Assembly (NCBI GenBank): GCA_035764905.1
Contig: DASTYN010000002.1
Span: forward strand, 115,616 to 179,615
DNA: 64,000 bases
Direction of reading: 5' to 3'
Source of the DNA: Candidatus Lumbricidiphila sp.
GTDB taxonomy: Bacteria > Actinomycetota > Actinomycetes > Actinomycetales > Microbacteriaceae
Positions 29,385 through 38,815 of this stretch are shown here, one piece after another (within the stretch, counting starts at the first letter, position 1; each line of letters starts with the position of its first letter). Below the pieces are notes generated by a model that had not been told where the DNA came from, ran no database searches, and saw only the letters and a program-made list of their open reading frames with translations. The translations under genes were made by a program, and so were the position numbers.

Positions 29385-30221
29385 TCAGGTCGCCGGGAGG
29401 TGCGCACGCAGCACGGTGGCATCCCGCTCGGGATCCTGCACCACCTGCGTAACAAAGCCAGCTGCGGCGAAGCAGCGTGCACTCTCGGCGGACTGCTCCT
29501 CGCTCACTTCGATCACGAGGCATCCGCCCGGGGCGAGCCAGCCCGCCGCCTCGGCGGCGATGCGGCGATGTAGCTCCAGCCCGTCTGGGCCGCCGTCGAG
29601 GGCGAGGGTCGTCTCATGGTCGCGCGCCTCGGGAGGCATCAATGCAATCGCAGCGGTCGGCACATAGGGCGCATTCACGGCGAGTACGTCGATGTGCCCG
29701 CGAAGGGCAGCAGGCAGTGCCGTGAGCAGGTCACCTTCGACCGCCTCACCGCCGAGCGATTCGAGGTTGCGGCGCGCAACCCGCACCGCCACCGGGTCGA
29801 GATCGGATGCCACGACCCGCACGTATCGGCCCACCCGCGCTGCCCCGGCGAGCACCGCGGCGCCAATGGCGCCCGCGCCACAGCAAAGGTCGACCACGAC
29901 CGCCGGTTGTGCACCTGTTCGCAGGGCGTGCTCGAGCGCCAACTCCGCGACCAATTCGGTGCGACGACGCGGCACGAACACCCCGGGTTCGACCACGATT
30001 CGCAGCCCGGCGAACGCTGCCCACCCGACCACATACTCCAGCGGTTCGCCGCCGACCCGGAGCCGAGTCATCCGCTCGAGCTCCTCAGTGTCGGCTGCGC
30101 TGGTGCGCAGCACCGCCGCCTCATCCTCGGCGAACACGCACCCGGCCGCGCGCAGTCGCGCCACAAGTTCGTCGGCGCCGTCGGCCGGTGAGCCCGCGGA
30201 ATTCGTGGGAGTGCCAGTCAC
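29385..30221 (-). CDS. PrmC-related putative protein N5-glutamine methyltransferase
   Basis: LRAAGCVFAEDEA, GEPLEYVVGW, GVFVPRRRTE, VDLCCGAG, VNAPYV (NPPY variant). Confidence 0.85.
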   Translation of the reverse strand: MTGTPTNSAGSPADGADELVARLRAAGCVFAEDEAAVLRTSAADTEELERMTRLRVGGEPLEYVVGWAAFAGLRIVVEPGVFVPRRRTELVAELALEHALRTGAQPAVVVDLCCGAGAIGAAVLAGAARVGRYVRVVASDLDPVAVRVARRNLESLGGEAVEGDLLTALPAALRGHIDVLAVNAPYVPTAAIALMPPEARDHETTLALDGGPDGLELHRRIAAEAAGWLAPGGCLVIEVSEEQSAESARCFAAAGFVTQVVQDPERDATVLRAHLPAT

Positions 30222-31078
30222 TTCAGCAACCGCGACAGCACTCGATCGGCGAGTGGTTTGCCGCCGGTCTGGCAGGTGGGGCAGTACTGAAATGCGCTGT
30301 CCGTAAAGGTGACCTCACGCACGGTGTCGCCGCATTCCGGGCAGGGCTGCCCTGTTCGGCCGTGGACCCGCATGCCCGCACGCTTCGCGTCTTTCAACTC
30401 GGCCGGTGGACGACCCGACGCCACCGCGGTTGCGTGCGCAATCGTCTCACGCAGCGCCTGGAACAGCACCGCGAGCTGTGCATCGGTGAGTTTCGCGGCC
30501 AACAGATACGGCGAGAGTTTGGCGACGTGCAAGATCTCATCGGAATAGGCATTCCCAATGCCAGCGAACACCGACTGATCGCGCAGCACGCCCTTGAGCT
30601 GGGTGCGCCGACCCTGCAAGATCGCGGTGAAGTCAGCCAGCGTGAACCCTGCCGCAGTCGGGTCTGGGCCGAGCCTGGCGATGCCCGGGACATCCTGCGC
30701 CGAACGAACCACGTAGACCGCGAGTGACTTTTTCGTCCCCGCTTCAGTGAGATCGAACCCGGCGCCGGAGTCGAGGGTGAGCCGCAGCGCGAGCGGAGTC
30801 TTCCCTGGACGCACCACGCCGGTTGGCGCCTGGTCGTACCAGCGCAGCCATCCGGCGCGCGCCAGATGAAACACCAGGGATGCCTCGCCGCAACGCAGTT
30901 CGATGAACTTGCCGTGGCGGTGCACGTCAGCAACCGGTTGGCCCTCCAGCGCGTGGAGCGGCGGGTCGAAGGTCTTCAGCGCTGCGATGGCAGCAACCCG
31001 GATGCTCCTGATCTGCCGCCCGATCACCTGGGTGGCGAGGAACTCGGTGAGGGCCTGCACCTCTGGCATCTCGGGCAT
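30218..31078 (-). CDS. Fpg/Nei family DNA glycosylase/AP lyase
   Basis: MPEMPEV start at 31078; RHGKF; H2TH GIGNAYSDEILH; C-terminal zinc finger CPEC...CPTC. Confidence 0.93.
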   Translation of the reverse strand: MPEMPEVQALTEFLATQVIGRQIRSIRVAAIAALKTFDPPLHALEGQPVADVHRHGKFIELRCGEASLVFHLARAGWLRWYDQAPTGVVRPGKTPLALRLTLDSGAGFDLTEAGTKKSLAVYVVRSAQDVPGIARLGPDPTAAGFTLADFTAILQGRRTQLKGVLRDQSVFAGIGNAYSDEILHVAKLSPYLLAAKLTDAQLAVLFQALRETIAHATAVASGRPPAELKDAKRAGMRVHGRTGQPCPECGDTVREVTFTDSAFQYCPTCQTGGKPLADRVLSRLLK

Positions 31079-31191
31079 GCATCCATCGTTCCATCCAACG
31101 CCGTCCACCGATAGGCGTTCGAGCGCCGCCGTACACACGAACGACCAGTGGCACTTCGGGGGCGCCACTGGTCGTTCGCGGGTGATCGGCG

Positions 31192-32154
31192 CTAGTTGCC
31201 TTGTTTTGCCATCAGGGTCACCAGGTCGAACGCGACGGTTGCCGCGGCGACACAGGTGATCTCGGCGTGGTCGTACACCGGTGCCGTCTCAACGACGTCG
31301 CCGCCGATGATGTGGATGCCTTCAAGTCGACGCACCAGGTGGAGCAACTCGCGCGAGTTAAAGCCACCCATCTCGGGTGTGCCGGTTCCGGGCGCGAACG
31401 CCGGGTCGAGCACGTCGATGTCGATCGAGACATACACCGGAGCGTCGCCGACGCGGCGCTTCACCGCATCGACCGCACCATCGATCCCGATCACGTCGAG
31501 ATCATTCGCTCGGATGATTCGGAAGCCGAACCGGGCATCGTCGACGAGGTCCATCTTGTCGTAGATCGGCCCGCGGATTCCGAGGTGAATCGACTTGTCT
31601 TCGGCGAGGAGCCCCTCTTCTGCCGCCCGACGGAACACCGTGCCGTGCGTCGTCGGAGCGTTGAAGTAGGTGTCCCAGGTGTCGAGGTGTGCATCGAAGT
31701 GCACAAGCGCGATCGGCCCGTGCTTCTTGAACGCAGCCCGCAACATCGGCAATGCGATGGTGTGGTCACCACCGAGCGACACGATCTTGCGATCATGCTG
31801 CCCCGCGATGTCGAGCGCGTACCCCTCGATCTGCTTCAGAGCGTCATCGATCGAATATGGGGTGCACGGGGCATCCCCCGCATCGACGACCTGGGCGATC
31901 TCGAACGGCGCAACGTCGAAGTCGACGTGGAACCGCGGGCGAAGGTGACGGGATGCCTGACGGATGCCCATCGGTCCAAACCGAGCGCCCGGCCGGTACG
32001 AGGTGCCACCGTCGAAGGGCGCACCCATGATCGCGATGTCGTAGTCCGGCACATCGCGAATCTCGGGGAGACGCGCGAAGGTTCCCCGCCCCGCAAAGCG
32101 GGGAACCTGCGTCGCGTCGAGCGCACCGATGGGTGTGTGTAGTTGCTCTGCCAT
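31192..32154 (-). CDS. Ureohydrolase (agmatinase/guanidinobutyrase family)
   Basis: GGDHTIALP, DAHLDTWD and SIDIDVLDP Mn ligands; PGTGTPEMGG. Confidence 0.93.
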   Translation of the reverse strand: MAEQLHTPIGALDATQVPRFAGRGTFARLPEIRDVPDYDIAIMGAPFDGGTSYRPGARFGPMGIRQASRHLRPRFHVDFDVAPFEIAQVVDAGDAPCTPYSIDDALKQIEGYALDIAGQHDRKIVSLGGDHTIALPMLRAAFKKHGPIALVHFDAHLDTWDTYFNAPTTHGTVFRRAAEEGLLAEDKSIHLGIRGPIYDKMDLVDDARFGFRIIRANDLDVIGIDGAVDAVKRRVGDAPVYVSIDIDVLDPAFAPGTGTPEMGGFNSRELLHLVRRLEGIHIIGGDVVETAPVYDHAEITCVAAATVAFDLVTLMAKQGN

Positions 32155-32159
32155 CTTCG

Positions 32160-33590
32160 TTATGCCGTGACCCGGTTCGGGAACGCCTTGGCCACGAGGT
32201 AGTAGAGGGGCGAGGTGACCAGCAGACCAATCAGCCAGGAGATGTCGAAGCCGAGCGAGCCACCAATCGGCCCGACGAACACGAGGCTGTTGATGAACGG
32301 AATCTGGACGGCCACACCGATCACGTAGCAGACCACGGCGGCCCAGTTGACGTAGCCGTAGCGGCCACCGTCGCGGCGGAAGAACTCATCGACCTGGTAG
32401 TCACCGTGACGGACCAGGTAGTAGTCGACGAGGTTGACGGCCGTCCACGGAACGAGGGCACCGAGCAACAACAAAATGAAGTTGATGTAGTTCGTGTTCA
32501 GGTCGGCGTGGAACACGATTGCGAGCACGGCGCAGAGCGTGGCCAAGATCGCGGCGACGACGGCACGGGTACCGGCCTTCGGCTTCCATTTGTCGGCGAA
32601 GGTCTGCCCGATGGTGAGCGTGCAGAGGGTGCCGCAGTAGATGTTCATCGCGTTGGTTGCGGCGATACCGAGCGTGAAGATGACCACGACGGGAACGGCA
32701 AGCGGGCCTGCGACGGCAGTGAGGTTGGCGACGACGTCGCCACCGGCGACTGCGAGCCCGAGTCCAGCACCGAGCAACATGGCAAGGATCGAACCCGCAT
32801 TGGTGCCCCAATAGCTTGCCCAGAACGCCGGCTTCGAACCGGTTGCGGCAGGCATGTAGCGCGAGTAGTCAGATACGTACGGTGCGTACGCGATCTGCCA
32901 GCAGGCAGCGGCCGAGAGCGTGAACATAAACCCGGCAAGGTTGAAGTCGCCAGCTGCGAGGTTGCCATCGAGGTCAAGCGCCCCTGACCAGAAGCCCGCT
33001 GGTACCGGGTGGACGAAGATCAAGAGGAACACGGTCACGATCAGCGCGATCAGGCTCACGATCGAGATGACCTTCGCGTACGCGTGGATCAGTCGGTAGC
33101 CGAAGATCGCTGCCGTGGCCGAGAGCACCGCAAGAAGCACGACCCCCACCGGAACCGGCAGGCCCGGGATGATGGTAGCGAGCGAGTCGGCGGCGTAGGC
33201 GAGGATCGACGTGAACCAGCCGAGGTACATCACGATGACGACCAAGATGATCAGCACCGACCCATACGAGCCGAACTGGCCGCGGGTCTGCACCATCTGC
33301 GGCACCCCGAGTCGCGGCCCTTGGGCGGCATGCAGTGCCATGAAAATGGCGCCGATCAGGTTGCCGACGATGATCGCCATCGCGCCGAAGAACAGCGACT
33401 GACCGAAGACGGCCGTCGCGAGTCCACCGGTCACGATCGACAGGATCATGATGTTGGTGCCGAAAAAGATGGTGAACAGGTCACGGCTCTTGCCGTGCCG
33501 ATCGGTCACCGGGATTGGCCGAATCGTTTCATCTTCGATCTGGGCGGCCGAGACGTATTGCTCGGGCTTCTCTGTGGTTAGCGTTGACAT
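32160..33590 (-). CDS. NCS1/purine-cytosine permease family transporter
   Basis: RHGKSRDLFTIFFG, GPRLGVPQMVQTRGQFG, YVSDYSRY, NLVDYY; about 12 TM. Confidence 0.9.
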   Translation of the reverse strand: MSTLTTEKPEQYVSAAQIEDETIRPIPVTDRHGKSRDLFTIFFGTNIMILSIVTGGLATAVFGQSLFFGAMAIIVGNLIGAIFMALHAAQGPRLGVPQMVQTRGQFGSYGSVLIILVVIVMYLGWFTSILAYAADSLATIIPGLPVPVGVVLLAVLSATAAIFGYRLIHAYAKVISIVSLIALIVTVFLLIFVHPVPAGFWSGALDLDGNLAAGDFNLAGFMFTLSAAACWQIAYAPYVSDYSRYMPAATGSKPAFWASYWGTNAGSILAMLLGAGLGLAVAGGDVVANLTAVAGPLAVPVVVIFTLGIAATNAMNIYCGTLCTLTIGQTFADKWKPKAGTRAVVAAILATLCAVLAIVFHADLNTNYINFILLLLGALVPWTAVNLVDYYLVRHGDYQVDEFFRRDGGRYGYVNWAAVVCYVIGVAVQIPFINSLVFVGPIGGSLGFDISWLIGLLVTSPLYYLVAKAFPNRVTA

Positions 33591-33764
33591 GAGAGGGGGT
33601 AACCCTTCTTGGATGTTGCGCGCGTTCTGTTCAGCATGATTGCCGGTAAGTCGCCGCGCCTATTTGAGAACACATCAGTCACGTATAGAAGTTCGTCGGT
33701 ATGAAGTTGGGTGTGCAGTTATCGGTGGCAAAGATCGGATGCCTCGCGCCGAGCGCGGCTGGGG

Positions 33765-35036
33765 TCAGGTCAGCAGAGGGCGGAGATGGTCATTCAAGAA
33801 CAGGCCGCACGGATCAAGTTGACGGCGAATGTCGATGAAGCGATCAAGTTCTGGGTACATGCGCTCCATCCGCTCGCGGGTCGTGAGGTGCATCTTGCCC
33901 CAGTGCATACGGGCATCAAATTGCTGGAGCACATCATCAACGTCGCGCAGATACCGCCAGTAGTCGGTGCCCGGAGTCACGGTCGTGGTGATTACACAGT
34001 TTGACCGCTGGTACTGCTGCGACAGGTAGGCGTCGTCTTGGGCGACCCAGCGCACCTCGACCGGGTACTCCTCGTGCGGGTATTTCGTGGTGATGAGTTC
34101 ACGCAGCGCGAGGAATGCCTCGCGCCCCTGCTCAACCGGCACAAAGTGCTCCATCTCGTTGAAGATGATGCCGAAGCCCTCTGGGTAGATCCGGTACGAA
34201 CGGTCAATTCGGTGGCCCGAGGCATCCGATAGCCCGTCAGGTTCGGTAATTCCGGATGCCTCGACGTAGCGCTTGGTGTACGCGCGCTCGGTCATGTCGA
34301 GCCCGGCCGGGGCCGGCAGCTCGAACATCGCCGCGCCGCCAGCGGTCGGGCACCAGAGGAACGAGAAGTGACGCCACGCATCAGGGTTCGCGGCCCAAGC
34401 GCCCGGCTCGATGAGTTCATCGATATGGGGGCTGGAGTTGGCTTCTTTCAGGTGGTACCTCGGCGAGACCGCGAGCTCGAGTTCGAGCACCACGCCAAGC
34501 GAACCGAGTGATACCTGAGCTGCCCGCAGCAGTTCTGGCTGGTCTTCGCCAATCTCGATGATGTCGCCGGTCCCGGTGAGGAGCTTCATCCACCGCACCG
34601 CGCCTGAGAAGCTCGTCAGCGTGCTGCCCGACCCGTGCGTGCCGGTGGCGACCGCGCCGGCCATCGACTGCTTGTCAATGTCACCCTGGTTGGACAGCGC
34701 GAGCCCCGCCTCCCAGAGCGGGTCACCGATGTTGAAGATCTGCGTGCCGGCGAGCAACCGCACGCGACGCCGTTCGACATCAGTGCCGACGATGCCCTGG
34801 AGGTGCTGCAGACTGACCAACAGTCCGCCAGTATGCACGAGCGGCGATGAGGAATGACCGGTCCCAGCCACCCGAATCGGCTCCCCCTCGGCGATCGCCG
34901 CCCGAATGAGTGTGATCAACTCGTCTTGGGTTGACGGCTGGGCGAAATAGTTCGGGCTGACCTTCTGGTTCTCGCCCCAGTTCTGCCACTGGTAACCGCG
35001 TGCGGCCAGATCGGCGAGGCGTTCGGATGTCGTCAT
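33765..35036 (-). CDS. FAD-linked oxidase, D-arabinono-1,4-lactone oxidase/alditol oxidase-like (VAO/PCMH fold)
   Basis: WQNWG, RVAGTGHSS (His for covalent FAD), GAVATGTHGS, SLGSLGVV, C-terminal HWGK. Confidence 0.88.
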   Translation of the reverse strand: MTTSERLADLAARGYQWQNWGENQKVSPNYFAQPSTQDELITLIRAAIAEGEPIRVAGTGHSSSPLVHTGGLLVSLQHLQGIVGTDVERRRVRLLAGTQIFNIGDPLWEAGLALSNQGDIDKQSMAGAVATGTHGSGSTLTSFSGAVRWMKLLTGTGDIIEIGEDQPELLRAAQVSLGSLGVVLELELAVSPRYHLKEANSSPHIDELIEPGAWAANPDAWRHFSFLWCPTAGGAAMFELPAPAGLDMTERAYTKRYVEASGITEPDGLSDASGHRIDRSYRIYPEGFGIIFNEMEHFVPVEQGREAFLALRELITTKYPHEEYPVEVRWVAQDDAYLSQQYQRSNCVITTTVTPGTDYWRYLRDVDDVLQQFDARMHWGKMHLTTRERMERMYPELDRFIDIRRQLDPCGLFLNDHLRPLLT

Positions 35037-35063
35037 TTGTGGCGTCCCGATACCATCGTTTGC

Positions 35064-36581
35064 CTACGCTGCTGGCTGCGTGTGGTTGACCATCACGTGC
35101 TTCGTGCGCGAGTAATCGTCGAGGGCGTAGGCGCTGAGGTCGCGGCCGTACCCCGACATCTTCACGCCGCCCCATGGCATCTCGGTGGCGAACATCAGGT
35201 GATCGTTCACCCACACCGTGCCGAAATTCAGTTGGTGACTGAGGGCGATGCCGCGGCGGGCACTCTCAGTCCAGATCGACGCGCTCAGACCGTACGCTGT
35301 CGCGTTCGCCGACTCGACAGCAGTCGCCTCATCGGAGAACTTCTCAACGGTGACCACCGGGCCGAAGATCTCTTCGCTCGTGCACTCATCATCGGCAGAC
35401 ACGTTGGTGAGCACGGTCGGAAGCACGAACCATCCATCGCCATCGCCTGCAGCGCCACCGACTGCGACGGTCGCGCCGCCAGCGACGGCACGGTCAATGA
35501 ATCCGAGGATCGTTTGGTGATGGCGCTGCGAAACCACCGGGCCCATTTCGACCTCATCACCCGCGGCCGGGTCGCCGACGACCAGCGTCGACACCTGTTC
35601 GACCAGTTCGCGCACGAACTCGTCGTGCACCGACTCGTGCACCATGACGCGACATGCCGCGCCGCAGTCCTGGCCGGTGTTGCCGAAGCCAGCGAAGCGA
35701 ATCGTTTCTGCGGCAGCCGTGAGGTTCGCGTCGGCGAAGATCATCACCGCAGCCTTACCACCAAGCTCGAGATGCACGCGCTTGACCGATTCGGCGGCCG
35801 CCTTCGCGACCTCGCGGCCGCTGCGCACGCTGCCGGTCACCGAGACCATATCCACATCGGGATGCTTCGTCAGCGCGGCACCGACGATCGCGCCTGCGCC
35901 ATTGACGATGTTCAAGACGCCGTCGGGCAGGATGCCCTTCGACAGTTCGGCGAGCCGGACCGTGGTGATCGGGGTGAGCTCGGCGGGCTTCAGCACGCAG
36001 GTGTTGCCCGCCGCGAGAATTGGGCCGAGCTTCCAGGCCGCCATCAGAATCGGGTAGTTCCACGGGGTGATCGCCCCGACCACACCGAGCGGCTCGGTGG
36101 TGACGAATGAGGTGCGCCCCTCGAGGTACTCCCCTGCCGCGAGTGAGCGTTGTGCGCGCACGGCGCCGGCCATGAAGCGAAACGTGTCGACGGTCGCTGC
36201 GACGTCTTCGGAGGCTAACCCGACCGGCTTGCCCGCGTTCAGCGCCTCGAGCGTTGCGAGTTCGTCGGCGTTGGCCTCGATCGCGTTGGCCAGCTCAAGC
36301 AGCGCGGCGGCGCGTGCCCCCGGCGTCAGGGCGCGCCATCCGGGCAATGCGGCTTTTGCGGCCGCGACGGCCGCGTCAACGTCACCTTTGGCGCCAACCG
36401 GCACGCTGGTGATCTCGGTTCCGGTGGCCGGGTTGTGCACGGCCACGCGCTCGGCGCTGACACTTGGCACACTCTGGCCGTTCACCCAGTTTTGCAACGC
36501 ACCGAGCGGTGCTTCTGCGAAGCGGCGAGCGCTGAGCGACTCCGGGCGGACGATGGATGCGGTCAACGAAGTGGCTGACAC
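35064..36581 (-). CDS. NAD-dependent aldehyde dehydrogenase, aminobutyraldehyde dehydrogenase-like
   Basis: GTG start at 36581 after GAGAAAGG; PWNYP, LKPAELTP, ELGGKA, NTGQDC, EEIFGPV. Confidence 0.93.
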   Translation of the reverse strand: MSATSLTASIVRPESLSARRFAEAPLGALQNWVNGQSVPSVSAERVAVHNPATGTEITSVPVGAKGDVDAAVAAAKAALPGWRALTPGARAAALLELANAIEANADELATLEALNAGKPVGLASEDVAATVDTFRFMAGAVRAQRSLAAGEYLEGRTSFVTTEPLGVVGAITPWNYPILMAAWKLGPILAAGNTCVLKPAELTPITTVRLAELSKGILPDGVLNIVNGAGAIVGAALTKHPDVDMVSVTGSVRSGREVAKAAAESVKRVHLELGGKAAVMIFADANLTAAAETIRFAGFGNTGQDCGAACRVMVHESVHDEFVRELVEQVSTLVVGDPAAGDEVEMGPVVSQRHHQTILGFIDRAVAGGATVAVGGAAGDGDGWFVLPTVLTNVSADDECTSEEIFGPVVTVEKFSDEATAVESANATAYGLSASIWTESARRGIALSHQLNFGTVWVNDHLMFATEMPWGGVKMSGYGRDLSAYALDDYSRTKHVMVNHTQPAA

Positions 36582-36806
36582 GGTTGCCTTTCTCTGCTCC
36601 CTCGCAACCACCGCGACGTACCCAGTGAGATGAGCATAGTGAGCACCCAATTCGGGGTGATACCCCCGCAGGTGGGTACGTGTAAATTCCACGTAAACTC
36701 GCGCGCCTGCGCACTCCCCGCCAGCCGCCCAGGACCGCACCAACCTGGCGATAGACAAACGGCAACGCATCGAGGATTCTTGGTATCGGCGGATGGGAGA
36801 GTTGCC

Positions 36807-37406
36807 ATGATCATCACCACTCCAGCGCCTGAGGACGCGAGCGACGACGTCGCCGACAGGTACGCCGGCGATCTTCGTGATGTGGGATTCCTCTTCGCCC
36901 ATACCCGGGCGATGGCCGTGAACCCCGAAGCGCATGCCGCGTTCGAGACCCTCGTGCGGACGATCGTGCCCTCGATCGGCCTTCGCGCATACGAACTGGC
37001 GACGCTCGGCGCTGCCCGCGCGATCGGGTCGGAGCATTGCCTGCTCGCCCATGGGCGCAAGAGTCTCCGAGCCGGCCTCTTCGATCAGGAGCAACTCGCC
37101 CGGCTCGCCCACGACTACACCGACGCGAGCCTCAATGAGGCGGATGTCGCGGTGCTGGCGTACGCCGAGAAACTCTCAGGCAACGCGGCTGCCATGACCG
37201 ATGCCGACACGGAGCGGTTGCGCGAGGTGGGGTTCAGCGATCGGCAGATCGTGGACATCACGTTCGCTGCTGGCATCCGGAATTTTCTCAGCCGGTCACT
37301 GTTGGCGCTGGCGGTGCCGGTCGATGACATGCCTGGGCTCAGCCCGGCGCTGATCGCGGCCTTGCGGGAACCGGCCGTGGCCGCGCGGCGCACCAACGCG
37401 GAGTAA
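36807..37406 (+). CDS. Carboxymuconolactone decarboxylase/AhpD-like protein
   Basis: ATG at 36807; YELATLGAARAIGSEHCLLAHG (single-Cys CxxAH motif); LREVGFSDRQIVDI. Confidence 0.8.
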   Translation: MIITTPAPEDASDDVADRYAGDLRDVGFLFAHTRAMAVNPEAHAAFETLVRTIVPSIGLRAYELATLGAARAIGSEHCLLAHGRKSLRAGLFDQEQLARLAHDYTDASLNEADVAVLAYAEKLSGNAAAMTDADTERLREVGFSDRQIVDITFAAGIRNFLSRSLLALAVPVDDMPGLSPALIAALREPAVAARRTNAE

Positions 37407-37408
37407 TT

Positions 37409-38794
37409 GTGGAAACGCCCATCGACGCCCACTACCTGGTCGTCGGTGCTGGCGCCATGGGGATGGCGTTCGTTGACGCACTGGTCTCGGCCAACCCCAC
37501 CGCGACGGTCGCCATCGTCGATCGGCGGCACGCCGCAGGAGGACACTGGCTCGACGCGTACGGGTTTGTGCGGCTGCACCAGGCGTCAGCGTTCTACGGG
37601 GTCGCCTCGACGCTCCTCGGTGGTGGGCGGGTGCAATCCGAAGGGCCGGAGCAAGGCCTGCACGAGCGGGCGAGCGCCGCCGAAGTGATCGAGTACTACG
37701 CCCGAGTGTTGGCTCGCCTGGTCGGCACCGGCCGGGTCGAGTTCTATGGCACGAGTGAGTATGCAGGCGATCGGCGATTCGTGTCGCTGCTGAGCGGCGC
37801 CAGGTTTCACGCGCACCGGGCACGTGTCGTCGATGCCCGCTACCTCGCACCCGCCATCCCCCGGCGCACGCCCCCGCCGTTTGCGGTGGTTGACGGTGTG
37901 CAGGTTGTTGCGGTGAACGACCTCGTCACTGTCGCTGACACACCCGAGCGGTTCGTCATCGTCGGTTCGGGCAAGACCGCGACCGACGCGTGCGTGTGGC
38001 TGCTCATGAATGGGGTCTCGCCAAACGCGATCATCTGGGTGCGCCCGCGCGAACCGTGGCTGCTGAACCGTGCGGTCGTGCAGCCAAACCCGGCGATTTT
38101 CCTCGGCATGTCCGCCGACACGATGGCAGCGGCGGCGCACGCGACAAGCGCCGACGATGTGTTCTTCCGGATGGAGGATGCCGGCATCATGCTGCGCATC
38201 GACCCGTCGGTGACGCCGACCATGGCCAAGACGCCGACGCTTGCGACGTGGGAGCTCGACCTGCTTCGCACGATCGACGAGGTCATTCGTCGTGGCCACC
38301 TCCTCGCCGCGGCGCCCGGGCGGCTCAGCTTCGCCGATGGCGACGTGCGCATCCCGGCGAGGTCGCTCATTGTGCACTGCGCGGCCGACGGGCTGAAGTA
38401 CCCCGGGCTGCGACCGATCTGGACCCGCGAGGCGATCACGCCGCAACCGGTTCGAGTTGGATTTCCGTGTTTCGGTGCGGCGCTCGCCGGTCACGTTGAA
38501 GCGACTCGCGACACCGACGACGAGAAGAACCGCATCTGTCTGCCATCGCCCTACGCGAACACTCCCGCCGACTGGGCCTCGATGCAGACGATCGGCGGTG
38601 CGGCCTCGCTGGCGATGTCGAACGAGACCGACCTGCGTGACTGGTCGAACGCCACCACCCTCAACCCGGCGCGCATCCCTCCCGAGCGCGCCGACGACCC
38701 AAACGTCGTTGCGGCGATGGCGCGCCTTCGCGAACACATTGGGCCCGGTCGGGCGCGGCTCGCCGAGTTCGCGGCGGGCGTCGAGGGGCGGTAA
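37409..38794 (+). CDS. Uncharacterised FAD/NAD(P)-dependent oxidoreductase
   Basis: Two Rossmann motifs, VVGAGAMG and VIVGSGKTA; GGHWLDAYGFVRLHQ. Confidence 0.8.
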   Translation: METPIDAHYLVVGAGAMGMAFVDALVSANPTATVAIVDRRHAAGGHWLDAYGFVRLHQASAFYGVASTLLGGGRVQSEGPEQGLHERASAAEVIEYYARVLARLVGTGRVEFYGTSEYAGDRRFVSLLSGARFHAHRARVVDARYLAPAIPRRTPPPFAVVDGVQVVAVNDLVTVADTPERFVIVGSGKTATDACVWLLMNGVSPNAIIWVRPREPWLLNRAVVQPNPAIFLGMSADTMAAAAHATSADDVFFRMEDAGIMLRIDPSVTPTMAKTPTLATWELDLLRTIDEVIRRGHLLAAAPGRLSFADGDVRIPARSLIVHCAADGLKYPGLRPIWTREAITPQPVRVGFPCFGAALAGHVEATRDTDDEKNRICLPSPYANTPADWASMQTIGGAASLAMSNETDLRDWSNATTLNPARIPPERADDPNVVAAMARLREHIGPGRARLAEFAAGVEGR

Positions 38795-38815
38795 ACGTGC
38801 CGGTAGCCTTGACCG

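Noticed and set aside
33591-33764. Guanidine riboswitch (classes I-III) ahead of the NCS1/ureohydrolase genes or the ALDH
   Set aside because: No paired ACGR-loop hairpins or class I/III consensus seen in this gap or in 36582-36806.
36582-37112. N-terminal extensions given by the ORF track for ALDH (to 37112), and likewise for gcvP, metH, ychF, fbaA and carbonic anhydrase
   Set aside because: The extensions overlap neighbouring genes or lack an RBS; downstream starts with good RBS and family-typical N-termini were preferred.
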